Virus record (IMG/VR): IMGVR_UViG_3300033412_000025
Length of the DNA: 46,631 nt
Direction: 5' to 3' (one strand)
From: a virus
In this document: piece after piece, positions 1 through 7,908 of the stretch
Numbering within the stretch: position 1 is the stretch's first letter
Layout of the letters: each line of letters begins with the position of its first letter
Made by a program: the position numbers and the translations under genes
Notes under the pieces: generated by a model
Database searches by the model: none
Seen by the model: only the letters and a program-made list of their open reading frames with translations
What the model was told of the DNA's origin: nothing

Positions 1-127
1 ATGGGCTTGGGTATATCGTCACCCGTGAAGAACTGGACGACAACCTCTACAAGTCGCGTTCCTTCAAGCGCGGCAAGATGCTGACCTTCTCCTTCCGCAC
101 CACGAAGGAGATTGTCGCGGCGAACAT
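1..127. repeat. Terminal overlap, copy 1 (identical to 46505-46631)
   Basis: Base-by-base comparison of both window ends: 127 nt identical. Confidence 0.95.
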
Positions 128-659
128 TCTCAACCGCGCCTTCAACTCGTCCTACACGGGTGGCGACGGCATCGAACTGATCGCCACGACCCACACGTCC
201 CTCGCTGGCACTTGGTCAAACAAGATCGCCACGGCGGCGGACCTGTCGGAAGCATCGCTGGAGGAAATTCTGGTGATGATCAGCCGCGCCACCAACACGC
301 GCGGCCAGCCCATCGCCATTCGCGGCGACTGCCTGATCGTCCACCCCTCGGATGTGTTCAACGCCGAACGCATCATGAAGTCGGCGCTTCAGAACGACAC
401 CGCGAACAACGCCGTGAACGCCATCAAGTCGATGGGCCTGCTTCCCGGCGGCGTGAAGGTCAACCACTACCTGACCGACACGGACGCATGGTTCGTCAAG
501 ACGGACGTGCCGGACGGTCTGCGCGGCTTCAACCGCGTCGGGTTCGAGTTCACCCAGGACAACGACTTCGACACGATGAACGCGAAGGCCAAGGGCTACG
601 AGCGGTATAGCTTCGGCTGGACCGACCCCCGTGGCCTGTATGGGTCGCCGGGCATCTAG
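1..659 (+). CDS. Major capsid protein, C-terminal part (continues from 46255-46631 across the circular junction; 302 codons in total)
   Basis: The reading frame is continuous across the junction (codon phase checked). It sits after the scaffold and a structural ORF, has a strong terminator directly downstream, and is of capsid size. Confidence 0.7.
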   Translation, partial: GLGYIVTREELDDNLYKSRSFKRGKMLTFSFRTTKEIVAANILNRAFNSSYTGGDGIELIATTHTSLAGTWSNKIATAADLSEASLEEILVMISRATNTRGQPIAIRGDCLIVHPSDVFNAERIMKSALQNDTANNAVNAIKSMGLLPGGVKVNHYLTDTDAWFVKTDVPDGLRGFNRVGFEFTQDNDFDTMNAKAKGYERYSFGWTDPRGLYGSPGI

Positions 660-687
660 TCCTTGCTTCTGTCCATATGAACAAGCA

Positions 688-712
688 GGGGGCGGGTCAT
701 TCCGCCCCCTTT
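688..712 (+). terminator. Rho-independent terminator after the capsid gene
   Basis: Perfect 8-bp GC stem GGGGGCGG/CCGCCCCC, 6-nt loop, then TTT. Confidence 0.7.
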
Positions 713-766
713 CCTGACGGACGGCTTAACGCCGCCGACACCCCCGTGTGACAGGAGAACACCATC

Positions 767-1360
767 ATGGGATACACGACGTTCACCGGACCTTTGCGGT
801 CCACTTCCGGCTTTCAGGTCATCACCCGTGCAAACGGGCAGGATACCGTCGTCGCAACCCTTGGCACCGGGTCGCCCCCTTCGGACATGGCCCCCGGTTC
901 GGGCACTGCCGGGACGGGCACCATCATCAAGTCGTCCGTGACGCGCAACGGCAGCCTGATCGAGACGCGCATCGTCATCGACCTGACCGGCCTGAACGGC
1001 GGGGGCACTGCCGGGGACATCATCGGCGTGGATGCGACGGCAAACTGCCATTTCGGGCGCATCACGGCGGCGGTGAACGGCACGATCTACGCGGGCTTCA
1101 TGCGCTGCCTTGAGGTGCCGACCGGATCAAACGCGGACGTGGACCTGTATTCGGCCACGGAAAGCACCGGCACGGAGGACGCGGCGGTGTCCGGCCTGAC
1201 CGAAACGCTGCTGCTCAACGGCGGCACTTGGACGCTGGGTCTGTCGCAGGCGCTGACGGCGTATCCCGCCGCCAACGAATACCTGTATCTGACCAGCGGC
1301 ACCGCCACGGCAGGGACGTTCACGGCGGGCATCTTTGAAATCATGCTGTTCGGTCAGTAA
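767..1360 (+). CDS. Hypothetical virion structural protein (197 aa, Gly/Thr-rich)
   Basis: AGGAGA ribosome-binding site upstream, high GC3, located in the head module. Confidence 0.7.
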   Translation: MGYTTFTGPLRSTSGFQVITRANGQDTVVATLGTGSPPSDMAPGSGTAGTGTIIKSSVTRNGSLIETRIVIDLTGLNGGGTAGDIIGVDATANCHFGRITAAVNGTIYAGFMRCLEVPTGSNADVDLYSATESTGTEDAAVSGLTETLLLNGGTWTLGLSQALTAYPAANEYLYLTSGTATAGTFTAGIFEIMLFGQ

Positions 1361-2014
1361 TCACGGCGGGGGCGTTCGCGCCCCTTTCCGTCTGCGTTTG
1401 ATTTGAACCGGGCGGGTCACTGCGTCTTCCAGCGTCCATCCATGAAAACGGCGGTGACGTATCACCCCGACAGGTATGCCAAACCGATCTGACCAATCCT
1501 TCAGGGAAAGACGTTCTCCAAAGGCTTCGTAAAGGCGCTGTCCCCGGTTCTGCATTTGCACTTGCGGCGTGGCCCATCGGCAGTTTTCGGGGCTGTATGG
1601 CCCGTCATTGTCAATCCGGTCTAGCGAAAGCCCTTCTTGCCATGTTGGCCCCATGTCGGCCAAGAAAACGGGAAATTCAGACCAGCGGTCGCAGACATAA
1701 ATACCGCGCGCTCCATAGCGGGGATAGGCGGTGTGTTTGGGGCGGCGGCAACGGTCGTGCATGGCGAGCCATGTTCGATATAGGCGATGGTTAATCATTC
1801 CGTGCTTGCGTGCGCGGTCGCCAAGATTGGCGCGCCGGACGCAACCACAGTTCTGGCTGTCACCAGTTTTAAGTGACGCCCCAATGACGTGGCGTTTCTC
1901 GCCACAGTCACACCGGCAAATGTAGGCGGGCTGCTTGCTCTTGTCTTCGGCCCGCCGAAGCACCGTCCACATACCAATCTTCCGGCCCGTCAGGTCGATA
2001 AGTTTCCGGCCCAT
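1361..2014 (-). CDS. Free-standing HNH-family homing-endonuclease-like protein (217 aa)
   Basis: Motifs GMWTVL..CxCDCG..NCGC, YRTWxxMxxRC, YGARGIxVCDRW and SLDRIDNDGPYSPENCRWAT. GGAG 7 nt before ATG 2014. Opposite strand to all neighbouring genes. Confidence 0.75.
   Translation of the reverse strand: MGRKLIDLTGRKIGMWTVLRRAEDKSKQPAYICRCDCGEKRHVIGASLKTGDSQNCGCVRRANLGDRARKHGMINHRLYRTWLAMHDRCRRPKHTAYPRYGARGIYVCDRWSEFPVFLADMGPTWQEGLSLDRIDNDGPYSPENCRWATPQVQMQNRGQRLYEAFGERLSLKDWSDRFGIPVGVIRHRRFHGWTLEDAVTRPVQIKRRRKGARTPPP
1369..1387 (+). terminator. Putative terminator (GGGGCG-UUCG-CGCCCC + TTT), embedded in the 3' end of the antisense HNH gene
   Basis: 6-bp GC stem with a UUCG tetraloop followed by TTT, 9 nt after the stop of the 197-aa ORF. 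Confidence 0.45.
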
Positions 2015-2036
2015 GCAAAACTCCACGGTTGTTTAA

Positions 2037-2288
2037 ATGACATATGCACACGGCCAGTGGAATACAATATGCGACAGGTGCGGGTTTCGCTACAAATCCG
2101 TTCAACTGCGTTCGGAATGGACGGGCCTGAAAACCTGCTGCGGCGCGGGCACCAACAACTGCTGGGAAGCCCGCCACCCGCAGGACTTCATCCGTGGCAA
2201 GAAGGACGACCAAGCGCCCCCGTGGGTGCGGTCTGAGCCTTCGGACGACTTCATCACCCCCGGACCTGACGACTGGAGCAACTACTGA
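2037..2288 (+). CDS. Small Cys-rich protein (83 aa), zinc-ribbon-like
   Basis: CDRCG...CCG..NNC pattern. The stop overlaps the next start (TGATG). Confidence 0.6.
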   Translation: MTYAHGQWNTICDRCGFRYKSVQLRSEWTGLKTCCGAGTNNCWEARHPQDFIRGKKDDQAPPWVRSEPSDDFITPGPDDWSNY

Positions 2289-2929
2289 TGGCCGTCACCG
2301 GGACCAAGACCGTGCGCGACATCGTGTCGAACGCCTTCAAACTCATCGGGGTTGTGGCGGAAGACGAGGCGATGACCGCCGACGAGGGGGAAACGGGCCT
2401 CTATTGGCTCGACGTGATGCTGAAGGACTGGCAGTCGCTCGGCTACAACCTCTGGACCTACACGGAACAGACCCTGACACTGACCACGGCGGCGTCCTAC
2501 ACGCTGAACCCCGTGCGCCCGATCCGCATCATCGACGCGCGGCTTGTCCGCAGCGGGCTGGAAACGCCCATGATGGCGATGACGCGGACGGAATACGACC
2601 TGCTGCCGAACAAGGCGTCCACGGGCCTGCCGACGACCTACTATTACGACCGGCAGCGCGAGGCGGCGTTGTTCTACGTCTGGCCGGTTCTGGCGACGGC
2701 GGACGGGTCCACGGTCAAGATCACCTACGAGCGCGAACTGGAGGACGTGACCAGCCTGAACGACACGCTGGACATGCCGGGGGAATGGTGGGCGGCGACG
2801 ACCTACAACCTCGCGGCGATGCTGGCGGACGCCTACGAGCGGAACGTGCCGAAGGTGGACGCGCGGGCGGGGATGTTGCTTGAACGGGCGCTTGCGGGCG
2901 ACCGCGAAGGTTCGGTATTCTTCACATGA
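2288..2929 (+). CDS. Head-to-tail adaptor, P22 gp4-like
   Basis: The N-terminus (RDIVSNAFKLIGVV..DE..DVMLKDWQSLG) resembles the P22 gp4 N-terminus. It lies immediately upstream of the gp10-like gene, with an ATGA coupling. Confidence 0.55.
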   Translation: MAVTGTKTVRDIVSNAFKLIGVVAEDEAMTADEGETGLYWLDVMLKDWQSLGYNLWTYTEQTLTLTTAASYTLNPVRPIRIIDARLVRSGLETPMMAMTRTEYDLLPNKASTGLPTTYYYDRQREAALFYVWPVLATADGSTVKITYERELEDVTSLNDTLDMPGEWWAATTYNLAAMLADAYERNVPKVDARAGMLLERALAGDREGSVFFT

Positions 2930-4269
2930 AGGTCGAATTCACCGGCCAGTCCACGCGCGACAGCGACAACTGGCAGGCCAACCCGTCCCGGCTAGTGAAC
3001 TGCTACCGCGAAGTTGTCCCGGCGGGCGGCAAGACCAACTACGTCATCAAGTCGGTGCCAGGTCTGACGGAATTTGCCGCCCTGACGGGCGTGTTTGTCC
3101 GGGTCCTGGCGGAAATCGGCGGGGAAGCCTACGCCTGCTGCGACAACAAGCTGACGAAAATCATGCCGGACGGGTCGGTTTCGACCCTCGGCGCGGTGGT
3201 GGACAGCGAAGAGGCGTCCATTGCCGGGAACAACGGCGACATCACGCTTTGCACGGGGACGAACTACTACCTTTGGGACGGGGCGAGCCTGACGCAGCCG
3301 ACGCCGGGGGCGTTCAGCGAATTCGGGTCGCTTGATTACGTGGGCGGCTATACGGTCCTGACCGAAAAGGACGGCAACCGCTTCCAGTGGTCGGACCTCG
3401 CGGACGCATCGTCATTGCCGGGGTTGAACTTTTCCAGCGCGGACGGACGGGACGACCTCAACATCCGCTGCATGGGGCTGGGCGGGCAACTCTACATCTT
3501 CAAGGAGAAGTCTATCGAGGTCTGGTATCTGACCGGCAGCGCGGGCGCGGCGGCGTTCTCGCGGATCGCGGGCGGGGTGCTGGACCGGGGGCTGAAAGCC
3601 TTCAACCTGATTTCCAAGGTGCCGGGGGGCGGTGCCTTCTACGTGGGGTCCGACAACCGCGCGCACATCATCGGGCTGGATGCGCCGGTCTCCATCCCGG
3701 CGGTGGAAACCGCCATCGTGGAGTTGAACCCGGTCTACTGCCTGACCTACGAGGACGAAGGGCACACCTTCTGCGCCATCGTGTTCGAGAACGCCCCGGC
3801 GTGGGTCTACGACGTGGCGTCCGGGGAATGGCATGAGCGGGCGCAGGGCGCGGGGCTGGACCCTTGGGCGGCGTCCGTCGCGGCGAAGATATGGGGCAAG
3901 TGGTATGTCGGGCGCGACGGCGGCGGGGTCTACGAACTCGGCCGCACCAACCAGGACGGCGGCATCCCCCTTTGCCGTGAAATGGTGTCGCGGCCCATTT
4001 GGGCGGACGGCAAGCGGTTCACCATGTCTGACCTGGAGATATTCGCCCGCACGGGCTTTGCAAACGGCACGATAGAACTCAGCACGTCGCGGGACAACGG
4101 GCACACATGGACGGCCCCGAAGCCGAAGTCGTGGGCGGTGGGGGACTACAACAACCGCGTCATCTGGCGGCGTTTGGGGCAATTCCGGCAGGCGGTCGTC
4201 AAGCTGCGGATCACGGACCCGATTGAGTGCCCGATCAACGCGGAAGGGTCGGTGAATGTCGTCGCTTAA
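2926..4269 (+). CDS. Tail hub / packaged-DNA stabilisation protein, P22 gp10-like (447 aa)
   Basis: Matches remembered P22 gp10 blocks: SIEVWYLTGSAGAAAF versus STIEYFSLTGATTAGAAL, and C-terminal RVIWRRLGQFRQAVVKLRI versus RVLWKRVGRIRRLIGFKLRV. Confidence 0.75.
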   Translation: MKVEFTGQSTRDSDNWQANPSRLVNCYREVVPAGGKTNYVIKSVPGLTEFAALTGVFVRVLAEIGGEAYACCDNKLTKIMPDGSVSTLGAVVDSEEASIAGNNGDITLCTGTNYYLWDGASLTQPTPGAFSEFGSLDYVGGYTVLTEKDGNRFQWSDLADASSLPGLNFSSADGRDDLNIRCMGLGGQLYIFKEKSIEVWYLTGSAGAAAFSRIAGGVLDRGLKAFNLISKVPGGGAFYVGSDNRAHIIGLDAPVSIPAVETAIVELNPVYCLTYEDEGHTFCAIVFENAPAWVYDVASGEWHERAQGAGLDPWAASVAAKIWGKWYVGRDGGGVYELGRTNQDGGIPLCREMVSRPIWADGKRFTMSDLEIFARTGFANGTIELSTSRDNGHTWTAPKPKSWAVGDYNNRVIWRRLGQFRQAVVKLRITDPIECPINAEGSVNVVA

Positions 4270-5440
4270 GCCGCTGCTGCCGACGCAGCCGGTGACGGCA
4301 AGCGGGCTGAAGCCGTCGCGGGAACTGGTGGAGGTCATCCAGCGCATCGTCAGCGGCGGCGGGGCCAGCGCGGGCAGTTGGGGGTCCATCGGCGGCACAT
4401 TGTCCGACCAGACGGACCTACAGACCGCACTGGACGCCAAGCTGCCGCTTGCGGGCGGCACGATGACGGGGCGTCTGGTCACGGCGGCAAGCGGGGCCAC
4501 GGCGGGCCTGAACATCGCCGTCGGGACCGTTCCCGGCGCGTTCACGGACGGGGACATCTGGATCACCGCGTCTTCGATGGGCTGGCGCATCAACGGCACC
4601 AGCTACAGCCCCGTGCAGTTGAACGGGTCGCAGACGATTACCGGCAAGAAGACCTTTGCCGCATCGACCACGGGCGGGGCGCTTCTGGCACTCACGTCCG
4701 GCGTGGACCCCACGACCCCGTCTAACGGGGATGCGTGGTATGACGGGACATCGTTCAAGTTCCGCACCGGGGGGGCAACGTCCTCCTTCAGCGGGGTCAA
4801 TACGGGGGACCAGTTCGGGAACGTCACGGACCAGCGCCTGCTTGGACGCGCGGCGGGGTCGGCGGGCGCAGCGCAGGAGATAACGGTTGGTGACGGCTTC
4901 CGCCTCGCAAGCGGCGCACTGGACCATGACAGCTACTGGATACAGCTTTCGGCAGACTACACGCTGTCGAACAGCGGCAGCACGCAGAAACTGTTCAACA
5001 CGACCGCGAACGGGTCCATCAGCCTTCCGACCGGCTTTTACCTGTTTCAGGCGCAAATCTTCATAAGCACTATGTCCGCGACCTCCGGCAACGCGGCCTT
5101 TGACCCGCTCGGCGCGGGGACGGCGGTCATCAGTTCAGCGCCCCCGCCTTTCATCTCCGGGTGGGGCTTCGACAACAACAACGCGACCGACAATACGACG
5201 ACCTACACGGGCAGCATGTCAACCGTCCTCCCGCCCAGCATCAGCAACATGCTGACGGCGGGCACGGGAAGTCAGATGCAGGCAACGATTATGGGCCAGC
5301 TTCGCGTTACGACCACGGGGACGTTGATCCCGTCCATCAAGCTGACCACGGCGGCGGCGGCGGTCGCCAAGGCGGGCACGTATTTCCACATCCAGCGCAT
5401 CGGCGCGTCCGGCACCTACAGCGCGGGCGGCTGGACCTAA
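4256..5440 (+). CDS. Tail fibre / needle-like protein (394 aa)
   Basis: Fibre-type motif LPLAGGTMTG, Gly/Thr/Ser-rich, beta-rich C-terminal domain, located after the tail hub. Confidence 0.65.
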   Translation: MSSLKPLLPTQPVTASGLKPSRELVEVIQRIVSGGGASAGSWGSIGGTLSDQTDLQTALDAKLPLAGGTMTGRLVTAASGATAGLNIAVGTVPGAFTDGDIWITASSMGWRINGTSYSPVQLNGSQTITGKKTFAASTTGGALLALTSGVDPTTPSNGDAWYDGTSFKFRTGGATSSFSGVNTGDQFGNVTDQRLLGRAAGSAGAAQEITVGDGFRLASGALDHDSYWIQLSADYTLSNSGSTQKLFNTTANGSISLPTGFYLFQAQIFISTMSATSGNAAFDPLGAGTAVISSAPPPFISGWGFDNNNATDNTTTYTGSMSTVLPPSISNMLTAGTGSQMQATIMGQLRVTTTGTLIPSIKLTTAAAAVAKAGTYFHIQRIGASGTYSAGGWT

Positions 5441-5464
5441 ACCCTCAATCTCGGGGACTTCGAC

Positions 5465-6088
5465 ATGATCGGTGCAATTCTTGGCGGTCTTGCCTCCATC
5501 ATCGGGGGCAAGTCGGCGGCTGATGCGCAGAAGGCATCCGCCAACAAGTCGCTCAAGCTGCAAAAACAGGTCTACGAAAAGACCTATGCGGATTATTCGC
5601 CGTATCGGGACTTCGGGAAGAACGCGCTCGGTGCCTACAGCTACGAAATGGGGCTAGGCCCTAAACCGGCCAACTATACCGGCTTCACGGAAACCCCCGG
5701 CTACCAGTGGCAACTCGGCCAAGGGCAGGACGCGATCAACGCGCAGGCGGGGGCGCGCGGCGGTCTGGTCTCGGGGCGGACGCTGCAAGACCTCTCGACC
5801 TACAACCAGGGGCTTGCGAGCCAGGAATACAACAACTGGCTGGCCCGCATTGCCGGGGGCGTGGACACGGGCATGAACGCCAGCGGCGCGGCGGCGCAGG
5901 CGGGACAGTCCTACGCGAACGGCGCGGCGAACTCGCTGGCGGCGCGCGGCAACGCAAGCGCGGCGGGTTCTATCGGCATGGCGAACGCCTTCAACGACAC
6001 CATTGGCAACATCGCTGGCCTGTCCATGTATCAGAAGGCTATGGGCCAGCCGGGAAGCAGCTTCGGCAACTGGTTGAGCGGTTTCTAA
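5465..6088 (+). CDS. Internal virion / ejection protein candidate (207 aa, Gly/Ala/Asn-rich)
   Basis: Hydrophobic Gly-rich N-terminus, low-complexity sequence, located between the fibre gene and the virion lysin. Confidence 0.55.
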   Translation: MIGAILGGLASIIGGKSAADAQKASANKSLKLQKQVYEKTYADYSPYRDFGKNALGAYSYEMGLGPKPANYTGFTETPGYQWQLGQGQDAINAQAGARGGLVSGRTLQDLSTYNQGLASQEYNNWLARIAGGVDTGMNASGAAAQAGQSYANGAANSLAARGNASAAGSIGMANAFNDTIGNIAGLSMYQKAMGQPGSSFGNWLSGF

Positions 6089-6089
6089 G

Positions 6090-6641
6090 ATGCTTCAGAA
6101 CGCCTTTGCCCTTGCCGGTCAGCAGATCGGCTTGGACGAAAACACCCAAGCGGCGGCGGTGCGGGACTACCTGCACAACGGGGGCGTCAACCTCGACCCG
6201 CAGACCTACGCATGGTGCGCGGCGTTCGTGAATGCCACCCTTCAGCAGTCCGGCATGAAGGGCACCGGGTCCAACATGGCGCGGTCGTTCCTCGAGTGGG
6301 GCCAGCCTACCGAAAACCCCGCGCAAGGCGACATTGCTGTGTTTCGCCGTCCCGGTGACGAGACCAACACCTTCGGCCATGTGGGCTTCTTCGCGGGCTT
6401 CAACCCGGACGGTTCCATCCGCGTGCTTGGCGGGAACCAAGGCGACAAGGTGTCCTATGGCAACTACAGCCGGGAAGACCTGCTGGGCTTCCGCCATGAC
6501 GGGACGAACGCCCTTGGCCCGCAGCAGCCGCAGGCCCCGCAGAACGCGCTGCAATTCCAATATAAGGGCGGGATTGACCCGTCCCTGTTCGCCAACACCC
6601 TCGCCCCCATGACCAACGCCCTCGGTGGACCCTATGCTTGA
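6090..6641 (+). CDS. Virion-associated peptidoglycan hydrolase, TIGR02594 (CHAP/NlpC-P60-like) family
   Basis: Motifs WCAAFVN, GDIAVF, GHVGFF and VLGGNQGDKV. Paralogue of the endolysin at 19934-20527. Confidence 0.8.
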   Translation: MLQNAFALAGQQIGLDENTQAAAVRDYLHNGGVNLDPQTYAWCAAFVNATLQQSGMKGTGSNMARSFLEWGQPTENPAQGDIAVFRRPGDETNTFGHVGFFAGFNPDGSIRVLGGNQGDKVSYGNYSREDLLGFRHDGTNALGPQQPQAPQNALQFQYKGGIDPSLFANTLAPMTNALGGPYA

Positions 6642-7908
6642 TCCCAGCATCATCCTGTCCGGTCGCACCGTTGATATGGTGGGGTCTATGGCGCGCGGCA
6701 ACGCGCTCGCGCAGGGCGTCATGGAGACCAACCGCGCACGGGAGATGCAAGACCTCTACCGCACCCAAGGCGCGGGCATTGCGAACGGCGATCCGGGCGC
6801 GCTGAACGCGCTTGCGGCCTTCGACCCTATGGCGGCGCTGGATGTGCAAGGCACACGCTTGGGCATGGACGCCACCCGGCAGAACATGTCCATCCAATCG
6901 TCGCAGGAGGCCCGCGCGGCGGAAGCGGCAAAGCGTGACGCGGCGGAATACGCGGCCACCAAGTCGGCGCAGGAAGTCGCGGCGGCACAGACCCGCATTG
7001 CGGACGGCCTGAACGTCGCCCGCATGGCAAAGACGCCGGAAGAATGGGACGCGATGGCCCAGCGGTTCGGCGCGCCGGAACTGGTGGGCAAGTTTGACCA
7101 GCGAAACGAACTCGTCACCTACTACCAGACCTTCAACGAAGCCCTTGCGCCGATGGCGGCAAAGGACCGTTATCAGACGGTTGACGGGCGGCTTGTGGAC
7201 ATCGGCGCGGAAGGCGGTCCCAAGATTGTCGTTGACCAGCAGCCGAAGAATGACCCGCTGAGTGACGCCGCCAAGCTGAAGGCGGACCTTGACGCGGGGC
7301 GGCTGACGCCTGCGGACTATGAGGCCGAGCAGGCGCGCCGTGCGAAGTCTGGCGTCAACATCGACATGGGCGGCGGAACCGACAAGCAGGTCTTCGACGC
7401 CATGAACGAAAGCTATGCGGCGGCGAACGCGGCCATCACCGGCCTGAACAGCCTTGCCGAAGCCAAGAAGGCGGTTGACGCGGGCATCGTGTCCGGCACG
7501 GGCGCGGATTACGTGCTGGGGCTGCGGAAAGTCGGCCAACTGGTCGGCGTGGGCGATACTTCGGTCATCACCAACACGGAAACCTTCCGTTCCGCCATTG
7601 CCCCGCAGATCGCGGCCATGATGAAGGCGACGGTTGGGTCAACGCAGATTTCGAACGCTGACCGCGAGTTTGCCGAAAAGGCCGCGGGCGGGTCCATTGC
7701 CCTCGACGCCTCGTCCATCAAGCGCCTCATGGGCATCATGGAAAAGGCCGGTCGCGTCGTGGTCGAACGCCACCAGAAACGGCTGGACGAAGTGTATCCC
7801 GACACGCCGGACGGCAAGTATAAGCGGGAGCGGGCTATCTTTGGCGTGGACGCGCCCGCGTCTGGACCGACCGTTGTTGACGGATACCAGATTGAGGAAA
7901 TGCCTTGA
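6634..7908 (+). CDS. Internal virion / ejection protein (424 aa)
   Basis: Long Ala/Gln-rich helical ORF in the ejection block. ATG 6634 overlaps the previous stop; the track start GTG 6625 is also possible. Confidence 0.6.
   Translation: MLDPSIILSGRTVDMVGSMARGNALAQGVMETNRAREMQDLYRTQGAGIANGDPGALNALAAFDPMAALDVQGTRLGMDATRQNMSIQSSQEARAAEAAKRDAAEYAATKSAQEVAAAQTRIADGLNVARMAKTPEEWDAMAQRFGAPELVGKFDQRNELVTYYQTFNEALAPMAAKDRYQTVDGRLVDIGAEGGPKIVVDQQPKNDPLSDAAKLKADLDAGRLTPADYEAEQARRAKSGVNIDMGGGTDKQVFDAMNESYAAANAAITGLNSLAEAKKAVDAGIVSGTGADYVLGLRKVGQLVGVGDTSVITNTETFRSAIAPQIAAMMKATVGSTQISNADREFAEKAAGGSIALDASSIKRLMGIMEKAGRVVVERHQKRLDEVYPDTPDGKYKRERAIFGVDAPASGPTVVDGYQIEEMP

Noticed and set aside
3412-4599. 395-aa minus-strand ORF antisense to the gp10-like and fibre genes.
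   Set aside because: The product is extremely Arg/Pro/Gly/Ala-rich and lies antisense to well-supported genes. This is a typical shadow ORF of GC-rich DNA. The same reasoning applies to 6400-7539(-), 12381-13676(-), 17514-18137(-), 35550-36488(-), 37132-38214(-), 42099-43772(-), 44233-44922(-), 45601-46497(-) and to the alternative-frame plus-strand ORFs such as 2194-2883, 17707-18387 and 28316-29191.
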